The notes under the pieces: generated by a model
What the model saw: only the letters and a program-made list of their open reading frames with translations
Database searches by the model: none
What the model was told of the DNA's origin: nothing
DNA from: Piromyces finnis finn
Taxonomy: Eukaryota > Fungi > Neocallimastigomycota
Assembly: GCA_002104945.1 (NCBI GenBank)
Contig: MCFH01000058.1
Coordinates: 248,001-312,000, forward strand
Length of the DNA: 64,000 nt
Reading direction: 5' to 3'
Made by a program: the position numbers and the translations under genes
Shown: in pieces, positions 1-17,595 of the stretch
How positions within the stretch are numbered: position 1 is the stretch's first letter
Layout: each line of letters opens with the position of its first letter

Positions 1-577
1 ATAAACTAATGTTAATTTATCTATACTAAATTAACCTATACGATTTTCCAACTATCGTTTCAATAGTTGAAAAATTTTCTTTATTTATACTTTTTAAATA
101 AATTGAATAAATTCTAATATACATGTTTTAATATTATAATTTTACATTGTTTACATTTATACATTTATTAAAAGAAATTATTTGTATTAAACTATTTAAA
201 TTCAATTTATTTACTACAGAATTTTCTAAACTTAAAATAAAGTTTTGATTTATTTACTATATGGTTGATTATATTTCAAACATATATTCAATTTATTTAT
301 TTCTAATTTTGAGGCTTAGTTTATAAAAAAAATTTTTTATTATCTAAAATATTTATTGGTTAAAATTTATTTAATTTAAAATTTTATTTTATCATCAAAA
401 ACTTTATCTTATCATAAAATTATATTTTACATAAATTTATGTTAATGTATTGTGATATAAATTTTATGGAAATTTACGGTACATTAATTTAATACATTAT
501 ACATTATTTTAAATACGTATTAAATACATTATTCTATTAATACAATATTTTACAAATTATTTATCATCTTCAAAATT

Positions 578-1130
578 TCGTTCCAGTTTTTATCCTGGTT
601 GTTAAGGCGTTTCCTTAGCATACATAAGGCTTCTGGTTCGACCCCGCAGATGTCAGTGCCTGTGGATTTTCCCACTGGGTTTGCCATGGGTTGGGTTATG
701 ATATTCAGGTAAGTATAAATGAACTTTCTAATTTACTACTATGATAATAACACTCGTCTAGCCGGCCTGAGAGGGTCTAGTGTACATGGTACATTCCAAA
801 TTAGAACTTAATAAGTGGTGACTTAGGCTATGCCAAAAACACACAATATTCCTTAATCAATTTAAGTGTAAACATTAGGGGGCGGTTGACACGTGATCAA
901 ATTGACTATAAGAGGCTTAGCATTGTAGTTGTGAAATATCGTACAACGACATGCATCTAATGTACATGGATTAAGTGAGCGTCGAAGCTGAAGAAACAGT
1001 ATGACAGACCAGGAGGGTCACAACCACCTAGCAATAGGAATGAGCCAACGTTTCTCTAAGAACCACCATTGGAGCTAACTCTGATCGATGGGAGAAATGC
1101 ACTCGGAAGTTAAAAAAAAAAAAAAAAAAA
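578..1130 (+). mobile_element. tRNA-like SINE, copy 1 (about 534-nt body plus A19 tail)
   Basis: B-box GGTTCGACCCC at 635-645; 5-bp stem/7-nt loop at 613-629; poly(A) at 1112-1130; TSD TCTTCAAAATT at 567-577 and 1133-1143; near-identical inverted copy at 39775-40319. Confidence 0.85.
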
Positions 1131-1275
1131 TTTCTTCAAAATTATGAATTATTTTTAAGTATTTCATTATTAAAATAAATATAAAAAAAACTAGATGCAT
1201 ATATTACCATTTATTTTAATTTAAGCTATTATTTTTCATACTATTACCAAAACAACTATTAAAAGATTAATATTT

Positions 1276-1852
1276 AAAATAAACATATGATTAATCATTT
1301 AACACTTGATCTGTTAACCTATTTTATGTTAACTGTTACACCTAAATGGTTTAGTTCTATTTTTAGTAATAGTCATTATCATTAATTAAATTAATATAAT
1401 TAAAATTTCTATTGATAAATTTTTAATTTTTGTAAAGTCATAAGAAGTGTTTATGATCCATACTTGATATCATATTGATTCTAATTTACCTATTAAAATC
1501 TTTGAATGATCATAACTTCTTTAAATGACCAGTTAGAAGGACCGCGATTGTACCACAATATAGCTTTTTCCCTAAGCTTTCTAATAAACTTGGTTTCACA
1601 GCCGTAGTACTTACAGCCGCAGCGTTCGTTTTGGCGAATTATGCCTAGTTTCGTGTTTGTTTATTTTTAGCTAAGGATAGTGTATTGATATTAAATTTTT
1701 GAAATCATAACCCTTTCACTGAATCAAAATTTAAAAGGTGACTTTTAAAGGTGTTTTAAAATAATTATTGGAATCATTTAATTATAATTATTATGTTTAA
1801 TTAATTATAGATATTATCTGAATTTGTTTTAAATCCAGTTAATATCTTCACA
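1276..1852 (-). mobile_element. Partial LTR, family B (5' part only)
   Basis: Diverged match to about 61446-62056 with the same terminus ...GTTAATATCTTCACA. Orientation inferred from the TATA/primer motif in the complete copy. Confidence 0.75.
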
Positions 1853-1907
1853 TATCACTTTCTATATTCATTTATAGAATTAATATAATATTCTACCTGA
1901 TCAATGA

Positions 1908-2718
1908 TGATATAATTTGATAATAATTTTAATTTTGAATTTTACTTCAAAAAGTGATTATTATATTATATCTTTTGTTATAACTATATAAGTTATATTG
2001 ATTAAGATTTAAGATCGTTTTTATAAAAATTAATAAAATTGTTTTGTTAAAACACTAAATTGTTTTATTAGAAACACTTGTTTTTCTAATATTTAAATAT
2101 TTAAAATTTTATTTATTTAAGTATAAAAGTGATTATTAAAATTATAAAATATTAATCTAACTATATAATATTTCTTTATTAATAATAATAATAATGATTA
2201 AAATAAGAATATTTACATGTATTTATATTTTCTTTTAAATTTAAACTATTTACATTAAAACAATAAAATTAATAACTATTTACAATAAAAATAATAAAAG
2301 TAATTAGAAATAACAATAAAAGAAATAATTAAAAGTTAAAGAATATAAAAAGTTGTTTATTTTACAATTAATTAAAGTAATAATTATTTTTAATGTTTTA
2401 ATAAAGGTGTTTAATTATATTATTTTATAACATGAATTATTATATTTGTTTACTTTTAAAGTGTAATTTACTAACGAAGTTATTAAATATTTAATTTAAC
2501 AATTAATTTAACAAGAGTTATATATTTTGATCTCGATTAATTAAAGTTTATTATTTTCTTTCAATAATCAAAATATATGCAGTGTTTAGGATTAATTTCA
2601 TTTAAGAATTTTGGTAAAGTACTTAATTAAACTATAACTTGTTTTAAGTTACTTTTAGGGTTAACTTAAAAATCAGGTATAATAATAATTTTATATTTAT
2701 TAATTTCATTATTTATTA
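1908..2718 (-). mobile_element. LTR, family A (811 bp)
   Basis: Matches the 3' LTR at 51583-52393 and copies at 47479-48289 and 16502/24235-24996. One terminus is mutated (TATTA), as in the copy at 16502. Confidence 0.9.
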
Positions 2719-2725
2719 AAAAAAA

Positions 2726-3523
2726 TGATATAATTTGATAATAATCTTAATTTTGAATTTTACTTCAAAAAGTGATTATTATATTATATCTTTTGTTATA
2801 ACTATATAAGTTATATTGATTAAGATTTAAAATCGTTTTTATAAAAATTAATAAAATTGTTTTGTTAAAACACTAAATTGTTTTATTAGACTTGTTTTTC
2901 TAATATTTAAATATTTAAAATTTTATTTATTTAAGTATAAAAGTGATTATTAAAATTATAAAATATTAATCTAACTATATAATATTTCTTTATTAATAAT
3001 AATAATAATGATTAAAATAAGAATATTTACATGTATTTATATTTTCTTTTGAATTTAAACTATTTACATTAAAACAATAAAATTAATAACTATTTACAAT
3101 AAAAGTAATTAGAAATAACAATAAAAGAAATAATTAAAAGTTAAAGAATATAAAAAGTTGTTTATTTTACAATTAATTAAAGTAATAATTATTTTTAGTA
3201 TTTTAATAAAAGTGTTTAATTATATTATTTTATAACATGAATTATTATATTTGTTTACTTTTAAAGTGTAATTTACTAACGAAGTTATTAAACATTTAAT
3301 TTAACAATTAATTTAACAAAAGTTATATATTTTGATCTCGATTAATTAAAGTTTATTATTTTCTTTCAATAATCAAAACATATGCAGTGTTTAGGATTAA
3401 TTTTATTTAAGAATTTTGGTAAAGTACTTAATTAAACTATAACTTGTTTTAAGTTACTTTTAGGGTTAACTTAAAAATCAGGTATAATAATAATTTTATA
3501 TTTATTAATTTCATTATTTATCA
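2726..3523 (-). mobile_element. Solo LTR, family A, 14 nt upstream of tRNA-Cys
   Basis: TGATA...TATCA termini; 4-bp AAAA flanks on both sides; small deletions relative to the 811-bp copies. Confidence 0.9.
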
Positions 3524-3537
3524 AAAATAACAAAAAT

Positions 3538-3609
3538 GGGGTGTTAGCTCAGCGGTAGAGCAATTGACTGCAGATCAATAGGTCTTCGGTTCAAATCCGG
3601 AACGCCCCT
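3538..3609 (+). tRNA. trnC: tRNA-Cys(GCA), copy 1
   Basis: 72-nt cloverleaf: GGGGTGT/ACGCCCC acceptor stem, GCTC/GAGC D stem, ATTGA-CTGCAGA-TCAAT anticodon arm, TTCAAAT T loop, U73 discriminator; T-run downstream. Confidence 0.97.
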
Positions 3610-3644
3610 TACATAATTTTTCGTGTTTTTTAAATATTATTACT

Positions 3645-3686
<42 letters not shown>

Positions 3687-4079
3687 AATGAATAATAAAA
3701 ATACTTTCTAAGGTAATAATGGTATCTTAATTACATTTTTTTAAAGCTTTATTTTGTAATGAATAAGAATTTGAAATAAAAAAAAACACCAGTTGAAATT
3801 TTACAGATCAAAAAATAAATTTTAAAGAAAAATCTGGAATACGATTATTTTCCTTTTTAAAAATATAATTTTACTTATATTATTGTTTTAATTCCAAAAA
3901 AAGGTGGTTTTTCAAACTATAATGTATATAATACATGCTATAAAAATAAAAGTAAAAATAAGAATAATAAATAAAAATTAAGAGATATGTTTAAATAAAC
4001 ACAAATGAATAAAAATTGGGTATAGTTAATTAAAGTAAGAAAGCCACTATTATACTAGAGTATAATAATTGTATTTGAC

Positions 4080-4444
4080 TTCCAATAGGTCACCGAGTCA
4101 AAGATCAAAATTTTACCATGGGACAAAATTATGATCTCCATTGGTTGCGCTGGCCCTCCTGACCTGTCTTACTGTTTCTTCAGCATTGATGCTCTTGGAT
4201 GTTGCTTCAAACCTTTGAACATTGACCATTGCTGGCCAATAACAAAAAGCATGATTTTGATTAGAAGTTCCGCTGTTACCGTCAAGAATGGTGTTCCTTC
4301 GAAAGTATTCGATTGAATCTGACACTTGCAAAGTTCTTTCCATCTCCTTGAATTGTAATTAATATTATTAAAACTTCTTCCCTCAAGAAGGGATTTAAAT
4401 ATTTTATTGTACACACTAGAATAATCATACACATTAATATTCAC
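4080..4444 (-). pseudogene. Non-LTR (LINE) ORF2 3'-end remnant
   Basis: Peptide TPFLTVTAELLIKIMLFVIGQQWSMFKGLKQ aligns by eye with VPYVEDLSAFLTKTIPIISSSIKLLFDRFNK from the remnant at about 5150-5290. Confidence 0.45.
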
Positions 4445-4600
4445 AGGATTATTACTATTATTTTTTTTTTAGACTAGGAAGAGAATACATTTATTCATGT
4501 ATTTATTTAATTTGAGATATTACATTATATTAGGTGACAATATGTATTGATATAATAAATAATAAATAAAAATAATAAAATATAAATATAAATATAAATA

Positions 4601-4924
4601 TAAAATAAAATAAAATAAAATAAAATAAAATAAAATAAAATAAAATAAAATAAAATAAAATAAAATAAAATAAAATAAAATAAAATAAAATAAAATAAAA
4701 TAAAATAAAATAAAATAAAATAAAATAAAATAAAATAAAATAAAATAAAATAAAATAAAATAAAATAAAATAAAATAAAATAAAATAAAATAAAATAAAA
4801 TAAAATAAAATAAAATAAAATAAATAAAATAAAATAAAATAAAATAAAATAAAATAAAATAAAATAAAATAAAATAAAATAAAATAAAATAAAATAAAAT
4901 AAAATAAAATAAAATAAAATAAAA
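4601..4924. repeat. (TAAAA)n microsatellite, about 65 units
   Basis: Directly visible; generates the spurious FILFY ORF 4530-5072. Confidence 0.97.
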
Positions 4925-4959
4925 TAATTATTAAAGTTGCATAAAAGTTCAATAAACTC

Positions 4960-6010
4960 TGCAATTCGTACTGTGTAAAATGATCCCTACCTAATAAATT
5001 AAATGAAATAAAAAAGAGAAGTAACATCAGGTATAATAATGTGGTGTCCACTAAACTTTCCCATGAGTTCATAATGTTTTCATTTGAAGAAATACTAACA
5101 TTGAACCCTGTGTACGGAACACTGAGAATGTTCCTTTGCCATATCGGTACAACGTTGGCGCTCTTGATTACGCTAGGTGTCTTATTAAACCTATCAAAAA
5201 GTAATTTTATTGAGCTACTAATAATAGGAATTGTTTTAGTAAGAAAAGCTGAGAGATCCTCTACATATGGAACATGAGACCCCGATGAATTGTAAAGTTA
5301 TTCATTTAAATGTCTTTGTTTCACCTTATTGATTTGCAGCTCATCATAAGCTAAAGTTCCACCAAGAAGGATCATAAAAATATAGTTATAAATTATTTTT
5401 CTTACTCTCATTTCTGGGAGTAAGTGATGAATTGATTTTTGTATTTCTTTTGAAAAAAGGGTAAAAAGATCGTCAAGAAAGCTAAGGGAAGAAGTTCTGT
5501 ATTCAGAGAATGATGGGTATTCTAAAATCCAATGATAAAAAGATTGTTCATCATATCCGCAACATGGACAGACACGAGGACAGTCAGGGGGTACTCTGTT
5601 ACTGGCAATAGCAATTCCAGTAGTGTTTTTATAACCGCATCGAATACGAATAATCCAAGTAATTCTTAAATTTAAGTGAGGTTTATTGAGACCGATATAC
5701 ATTAGGCGATTTGAACTAAGGAATTTGTTGTTAGTTTATCTGAAGGCTTTACTTCCATTATTTAGGCTACTATTATTCAATAATGTTCTCTAATATTTTT
5801 AGTACTTTTAATGTAAATTTTCATAAGTTTCTTATGTAGAGAACAAGATTCTTTGGCCCAAGAATAATGAGGCATGGGAGGAATAGATCGGACGAGATCT
5901 TTAATAATACAATTTGCTTTTCTCCATTTAACAAAGCATTTCACTTGTTGCGCAACACAAATACCTGAAAGTGTTGGAATCCTCAAATCCCTTGTATAAG
6001 CATACATGTC
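4960..6010 (-). pseudogene. Degenerate LINE ORF2 C-terminal region
   Basis: RIRCGY...CPRVCPCCGYDEQSFYHWILEYPSFSEYR resembles the C-terminal Cys/His (zf-RVT-like) motif of non-LTR ORF2; broken into several frames. Confidence 0.6.
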
Positions 6011-6609
6011 AATAAATGAATTTCATTCAAAAATAAAATCCTTGTTATTTAGACTTTTATTGTTAAAGTTACTGACACTCCATAAAACAGCAGTATTGAA
6101 AGCTGAATATCTTTTAATATGAATTTCATTAGTCGTTGTTTGGACCATGAACTAAGATCATGGATAAAAATTAGGTATTATTTATTTGAGTTAGATCCAA
6201 AGAAACGCAGACCATGTCGTAAGGAAGGCACAGTACAATTGATATTGTTCATTTTTAAAGGAACTTATTATGGAAATATAGCTATTAAAAATTGATATTG
6301 ATATTGATATTGGTATATATTGGGTATAATTAAAATAAAATATAATTGTATATAAATAATATTAGTAAAATGGATATATTGAATAGTTCAAGGGCTACTA
6401 TTATTAACTAAATAGCTATTTAAATTAGAATTAATATCTTCACTCTTGATATTACTACTATTATTACTACTATTGTTACTATTACTATTATTATTCTATT
6501 ATTATTATCGCTATCTCTACTAATATTAACATTTTCATTATTATTGATAGGACTGTTGGAATTACGTTGACTGAAAAAATTCAAAAGTTGGGCTATGAAA
6601 TTGTTATGT

Positions 6610-6935
6610 TTAATACGGATATCTCTAAATGTTGGACAATTTAATAACCAATACTTAATACTTTAATCACTCTTGCAACATAGGCAATAGTTAGAACAAA
6701 TTGGATCAACAAATTTAGCAGCTTTTGCAACTCCAGCATCCAACTTGTATTCGCTTCTTGCTTTCAATAGCCAGTAGAAACCATAGGCAAACTCTGGGTA
6801 CTCATAATATAATTTAATAAAATCATTAGTTTCAATAAATCTATTATCGTCATAGTATTAGACTTTGATTGAATTCCCTTTAAGATCTTTCCAATAAAAG
6901 TTTCTAACTGCTTTGACATTTTCATGCTTCTTTAA
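6610..6935 (-). pseudogene. Another LINE ORF2 C-terminal remnant with stop codons
   Basis: Manual translation gives YPEFAYGFYWLLKARSEYK...NYCLCCKSD*SIKYWLLNCPTFRDIR, the same motif type as at 5450-5650. Confidence 0.55.
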
Positions 6936-7167
6936 TTCAATATAAATATAAATTATTTTTATATTTTTTCAAATATTTTTAATTTTATATTCAAAACTTT
7001 TTTTTTTTTTTTAATTACAACTTTTATTTTTTTTATTTTGTTATTTAAATTTTACAAATAGTCTTTTTAAAGAAAAAAAAATTACATTTTACATTATATA
7101 AATATATATATATAGAGCTAATAATAATTTATTACTATTATTATTTTATTATTTTATTTTTTTTAAT

Positions 7168-10632
<3,465 letters not shown>

Positions 10633-12478
10633 TATTTATGTCTTTTTATTAAAAAGTAATTTTCACTTTCAAAGTGATTATATATATTTAATTTTCTTTT
10701 TTTTTAACTAAAAATATTAATAATATTTTGTTTTTGTTTTACTTTTTTTTCTTTTATTTTACTTAACACTATCAAAGTGTAGTAATAGTTTCTTAAAGAT
10801 ACTTTTTTTTCTTAAAAGTTTTTTTTTATTTTGTAAAAATTATTTATTTTTAGCCTATCATTTTAATCAAATTTAATATACATATATACACTCATCCAAA
10901 AAATCCAAAAAAGGAAATTTAAATAATGAAAAATAAATAATAATTAAAGTTTTAAACATTCTAAATATTTAATTTTTTTTAATTAAAATCATAAAGAATC
11001 ATTTTTATATTAAATTAAGTAATTAATATGTGGACTAATATTAATATTTTAATAAATTCTATATATTTATATACAATGGAAAGATTAAATAGTATTAAAT
11101 TAATAATAATTTTTTATAATAAATAAAATTTGAATAATAAATTAAAGCATTAATTAATCATAATAAATAATAATAATAAATAATAATAATAATAAATAAA
11201 ATAAAAAAAAATTAATTAGTTTATCATTAAATAATAGAATAATGAAATATTAATTATAATATTATTCCTTATGAAATTTGATGGTAGTTTATTCTTTTTA
11301 AAAAAAAAGAAATATGAAAAAATATAATAAATATAAATATATATTTATTTATGAGTATATGTATCTATAATTATAATAAATAAAGGTTTAAAATGACTGT
11401 GGTGCATTATAATAACAAAAACTTTTTATAATTAAAAAAAAAATACATCCATCATAAAAAAATGATGAAGTAAAATTTTTATTTGAAAAAAGATTTTTCA
11501 ATTAAAGAATGATAAATCTTTAGTCATCTAAATTAAAACTTTATTTATTATTTATTTTTAAGTTAATATTAAATTAAAAAGAAAAATTCTATTCAGTTTA
11601 AAAGTTTTTTTTTTTTTTTTTTTTTTTTTGATTTTAGAATAATAGCCCTTGACTTTTATAAGGATGAATAAAAAAAGGAAGAGAAAAATATAGAATACAT
11701 AGATTAAAAAATAAATAAATGCTAAATGTAAAATTTAAATAGAACACTTATTAATAGAATATAGAAAGGGTAACTAATGATATATATATATAAAATTGTA
11801 TATAAAAAGTATTTTTTGAAATAATTATTTGGTAATAGATTATTAGAACATTCTTATTTATTAATATATCATATGAAGTTCACTTACACACGTGATAGTG
11901 TTGGGGAAAATGCTTTCTTTTTTTATTTAAATCAATTTTCCATGGTTTAAAATTCCAATTAAGTAAAAGTATTGAATATATGGTATTTATAATCGGAAAT
12001 TATAAAAAGTATATACTATTTTTATTTAAATAAACTGATTTATATATATGATGATATAAAACTTTATTAGTAAAATTATTAAGAATTAAAAAAAAGTTTA
12101 AATCTTTAATTTCAATTATATCAATTCCTAATGTTTAAGTTGTTTAAATTGAAAATTTTTATTAATGTATTTTAAAGTTTCTAATTATTCTGTAAGAAAG
12201 AAAAAGAATATTATAAAAATTAAATAATTAAAAATTTAATTATAATTTTGATATAATGATAAAATACTTTTATATATAAATTATTTATTATTTTATGAAA
12301 TAATATTTGAAACTTTTTAAAAAGAATATTATTAAATATATATATATTTATACCAATACATAATAGTATATTCATCAAATAATAATAATAAAAAGCATAG
12401 ATATTAAAATCTAGTTATATGTAATATTCATCATTTTTGAAATTAATCCATTGATAAAAATATAATCATTACATTACA

Positions 12479-15195
12479 ATGGAGTATAAAATATACCTTT
12501 TATTAATAGTTTCTTATTTTATATGTATGCTTAAATATTAAATATATACAATATGAATTTATATATTTTATAAATATAAATATAACACTCATTTTACATA
12601 TTTATATTAATAATATTAACATAATAAATCTTTTTTTTATACTGTTGTCAAAATAATAATTAGTATATGTTAAAGGAATAACAGTAAATTTTGTAGTCTT
12701 TGGGTTTTATTCATATGATGAATTATATTCAACACTTACAAAAGATTTCAATAAATATTCAAATGAAAATGGACTTGATATCAAATTAAACATGGTTTTA
12801 TTTTCTTCTCAAAATATTACATCTGGAGAAAATGATTATCTATCAACAATAGATGCTTTATTAAATAAAAAAACAACATTATATGATTTATATGTGTATG
12901 ATCCTGCTTATACAAAAATATTTTCAAAACATTTTATAAATTTAAAAGAAAAACTTAGTGAAGAATATATACAACTATTTTCTCGTGATAGCTATGAATC
13001 TTCTATATATGAGGATCAATTGGTTTCACTTGTACTTTATTTTTTCTATTTTAAATTTAATATATAAATTTAATAATCTTATTAAATTTTTATAATATAT
13101 ATTACAATAGCCAATATATATGAAATACAAAGTGATGTATTCAAACATTTATTATTTGAATAAATATAAAAAAAATATACCTGAAACTTGGGATGAATTA
13201 ATTAAAATTTCAAAATTCATTATAAATGAAGAAAAAAAAGAAAATAATACGAATCTTGTTGGTTATAATGGTCTTTTTCCAAGTAAAATACTTTAATAAT
13301 CTTTTAATAACAATTATTATTAATAATAAGAGTGATAGTAGCAGTAATAACAATATAATTAATATACTAATAGTAATAAATAAATAATAAAAAGAAGAAA
13401 AAATAATAATATTACTAATGAATTAATACTATTATATTAATTATATAAATTATATAGATAATGAAAATGTATATTGTTCAATTTATGAATTTATTTATTC
13501 TTTCAGAGAAACAAAAGACTCCCCATTTCCTGGATATGATAGTCAAGCTGCTGTTAATGCTTTAATTAAATTAAAAGAAATAAAAGACAGTATTTCCAAT
13601 GGTAAGTAATTAATCTATGAAAAGAAAATATTATAAAAATTTTATATATAATTTAATAATAGCAAAGTAATAACTTTTTCTTAACTATAATTATAAAAGA
13701 TGAAACATTTGCATCTGATGAGGTATATAATGTAAACTTAATGTTTTCCGGGAATATCTTATTTAGTAATTTTTGGGATGCAGTGATACCTCCTAATTAT
13801 GAAATAACACCTTTGCCAGGTAAAAATAAAGGTGTTAATGGATCTTGTACTGGAGGCTTTAATATTGGTATTAGTAAATATATTTCAAAAGAAAAACAAA
13901 TTGCTGCACTTAAAGTTTTAAAGTTTTTTACATCAAAAGAAGAACAAAAAAAATTAACTACAACTTATAACGTAATAAGTGCTATGACAAGTATATACGA
14001 CGATGAAGAATTATGTAAAAGTGTAAATTGTAAACTTATAAAAAATATTCAAGGTGCTGTTCGTCCATGTTCATCAATTGACAATTACGAAGAGTATAAA
14101 TTAAAAGTCATCGAATTGGTGAATGATTATTTATTCAATAATAAACCGGCAAAAGATATCTTAACAAAAATTGATAATATAACCAAAATATATAATTTTT
14201 CTATTAAAACATTAAATGTATCACTGGTTATGTTTATTTTATTGTCAATTACATTCTTTACTATTTTGTTTTCATCAATAATATTATTTATTCCAAGATT
14301 TAAACGATTCTTCCAATTCATGAGTCTAAATTTAGAAATTGTATATATCATTGGATCTCTATTAATTTTAATTTCTGGATATACCTATTTTGGAGTATTA
14401 AAACCTATTAAATGTTTTTATCAAAAAGCATTCTTGATTTTAGGCATTACCATGATATTTACCCCAATATTATATAAATTAATAATAAATTTCCCTGAAA
14501 AAAATAAAGTTTCTGAAATAATTAAAAGTAGAAAATACACTTTTATTTTAACTTTTGTTATTATTGAAATTATTTTAAATTCAATTACACTCCTATCACC
14601 CTATGAAATCACGAAGATTGAAGTGGAAGACGGAAAAAATTTCTTAAAGTGTAAATACAGCATTCTTGCATTAACGCTTTCAATTATTCAATATATTGCT
14701 ATATTTATCATATTTGTAATCATAAATGTTTTAATATTTTTAGAATGGAATATTATAGAAACCTATCATGATTTAAGAACATTAACTATTTTTATTGGAA
14801 TGGATTGGATATTGCTTTTAATATTTATTATCTTTAGTATATTGAAAATAAAAAACTTTTTAGTAGTAAATATAGCTAGGATAATTATTATTATAATGTT
14901 TTCAGCTTCAAATCATTTCTATATGTTCGTTATAAGAATCTTTTTGAGTAAAGTAAACGGAAATAGTATGGAAGAAGAAAAAATTATTGATAAATTATTG
15001 TATTTTAATAATCAATCAAACAAAACATCTAATATTGTTTCTTCTACCACTATAGAAAATACAAATACATTATCTGAACTAAAAACTAATTCTAGTATTG
15101 AGAAAGAAAGAAGATTAGCATCCAGTTCAAAAATTCAATATTCAAATAAATTATTAAGTTATCATTTTTCTACTAACATTCATTCTGATTCATAA
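12479..15195 (+). CDS. Receptor: signal peptide + extracellular solute-binding (SBP-like) domain + class C-like 7TM domain, 741 aa
   Basis: Exons 12479-12524, 12664-13031, 13111-13282, 13458-13601, 13700-15195; GT-AG introns, phases consistent, 2226 nt. SBP-type motifs YDLYVYD and PETWDELI; about seven hydrophobic segments; Ser/Thr-rich tail. Exon 1 is the least certain. Confidence 0.8.
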
Positions 15196-16412
15196 ATATT
15201 ATTATATTAAAATCAATTGAAACCTAATTTTATTTAATATTGATTTAGGCAAATTATATATATCGATGGTAATTTAAGCAAAAATAAAATCTGAAATGTA
15301 GTTTATATTAATACTAATATACAATAAAAATGTCACAAATAAAAACATCATATTAGTTATTTTAAATAAAATAACAAATAAATAAAAAAAACTATAAACG
15401 CACATTTAATTTGTAGCAATAAAAGAATAACATATTTCAACACAGTTAAAAAAATAATATGAAATTAAAAGATTAATTTTTTAAAATATAACTTTAAATA
15501 TTAATTTTAAAGTATATGGCAATTATTTTTCCTACTACTCAAATTATTTGGAATGTTATGGTTTGGATTTATTTAATCCTATATATTGTTGCATTTTTTT
15601 TTTTCATAGTAAATATCCCATAAATTAATCAGTAAATTAAATGAATTGAATAGCTAATTCTTTAAATAATATTAACCCATAAAAGTCTAAAATAGAAATT
15701 TTAATTAACTTTTTAAAAATTTTTGATCTATTTATATTAAATTAAAGCCAGTCATCTAAAATTTCTTTTAATAATAAATAAAGATACTAATACTATTTAA
15801 TTTTAATAGCTATATTAATAAAAATTTATAGTTAAAAGTATTATTTATATCCTACTAACAATAATAAGTATAATAAGTTACATTATTATTAAAATAAATA
15901 TTTTTAATAACCTTATATGAAAATGGAAAATATGGTTGATTGTATGTATATATATAAAATAATATATATGCTATAGGTTTATCAAAATCTAAAAATCTAG
16001 ACATTAAATAGCAATTTTTAAATGAGCTAAATATTTAAATTATTAAAGATAAAGAAATATATATTAGGTATGCCTTTATTTGATGCGACTAATAAAAAAA
16101 ATCAGGTGAAGAATTTTAAATGGTGATATTTAATGAATCTATTGTTTTGTTTCTTTTTACAATATTATAAAATGAAATTATTTTTATATATTTAAAAAAG
16201 AAGAAAAAGAATTCATTTGTTTTGAAGAATATGGTTTATATAAAGATACCTACTAGTGTTAATAGTAACCTTGAATAAACAAAATCATAAAGTGAAAATT
16301 TTTATTTTTTTTACTTTACTTTTTCATTTATATGACATAACATTTTAGATATTTACAATAATAAAAAATAAAAATATTTAATTTTCAAATAAATTTTAAA
16401 AAGTAAAAAAAT

Positions 16413-16484
16413 AGGGGCGTTCCGGATTTGAACCGAAGACCTATTGATCTGCAGTCAATTGCTCTACCGCTGAGCTAACACCCC
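16413..16484 (-). tRNA. trnC: tRNA-Cys(GCA), copy 2
   Basis: Exact reverse complement of copy 1. Confidence 0.97.
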
Positions 16485-17584
16485 ATTTTTGTTATTTTTT
16501 TTAATAAATAATGAAATTAATAAATATAAAATTATTATTATACCTGATTTTGTCACGAATACTAGTGAAATTACAATTTCAAGATCACTTGGAATTGTGA
16601 AATCACTTATGAAAATTCAAAATCAACAAATATTTTATTTTCAAATAAATTATAAAATTTTATTAAGAAATATTTAAAAATTTAGAAAAGGTTAAAATAT
16701 GACCTTAACCCTTAATAATTTTTATAATAAATAACTTTAACCCTTATCGTTAAAATGGAATAAGAAAAAACACGCGTATCTCCTCAACGAATGACGATTT
16801 TTGAATAAAAATATTTTGGTTATAATTAAGTTCGTTAGAAAGCCACGCTCGAGACAAACAACATATCTTAAAATCAGGTCAATATCTCTGCTGGTTCACG
16901 AGATATTCCAATTTAAAGATATTTTGTTAGCAATGATTAATTGTTTATTCAGAGAATGATCACCCCTGATATATCAAACATAAATCATTCACTCAAAGTA
17001 TAAAAAATTATTGTTTAATTAAATTAAAATTATTTTCCGGAACTAATTAACTTTATTTTATAATAATTATTTCAATAACATAATTTATAATCTTTGAACT
17101 AGAGGATTATAATTATTAATATTATATTCAATGAATTATATTATAATTAAGAAATAATTAATATTATGAATATTATAAACAATAGTTATTTTTTAATAAT
17201 TAGGAATAAGTCTTAAGTTTAGTTTAAGTATTATAAAATATATTATGAATATAATCATGTATTGAAAAGTTATTTTAGTATTAAATGTAAAATTACAAAT
17301 AGTATAAATAGTTTAGAATAGTTTTATGAATTAAATCTTTGTAAAGATTATTATCTTATTAATACTTAATAAGTATTACTATTAAATAATCTTATTATTA
17401 TATATATTCTTTAAATAAAATAAAAAGGAATTATTTTAACTATAATACATAATATAATTATTCATTTATAAATCAATTAAGATTATTTTAATAAAACATT
17501 TTTTTTTCTAACCTAGTTATCTTTTAACCTTTTATTTAATTTAATATTTTAATATTAAATTATAAGTTTAGTAAAACTTTTACA

Positions 17585-17595
17585 ATAATCTTTAC
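17585..17595 (+). promoter_or_regulatory. Self-priming PBS of element D (ATAATCTTTAC)
   Basis: No TGG tRNA-type PBS; exact complement GTAAAGATTAT at 17341-17351, 38 nt after TATAAATA (17303). Confidence 0.8.

Noticed and set aside
4080-4130. Possible shared 3' tail between the SINE and a LINE remnant (ACTCGG...GGAAGT)
   Set aside because: Too short and gapped to distinguish from chance by eye.
4530-5072. 180-aa ORF rich in FILFY
   Set aside because: Translation of the (TAAAA)n microsatellite; only its start overlaps LINE remnant sequence.
16489-16677. Short ORFs within LTRs and UTRs (also 22834-23322, 34909-35109)
   Set aside because: Low-complexity ORFs spanning element junctions, with no recognisable domains.
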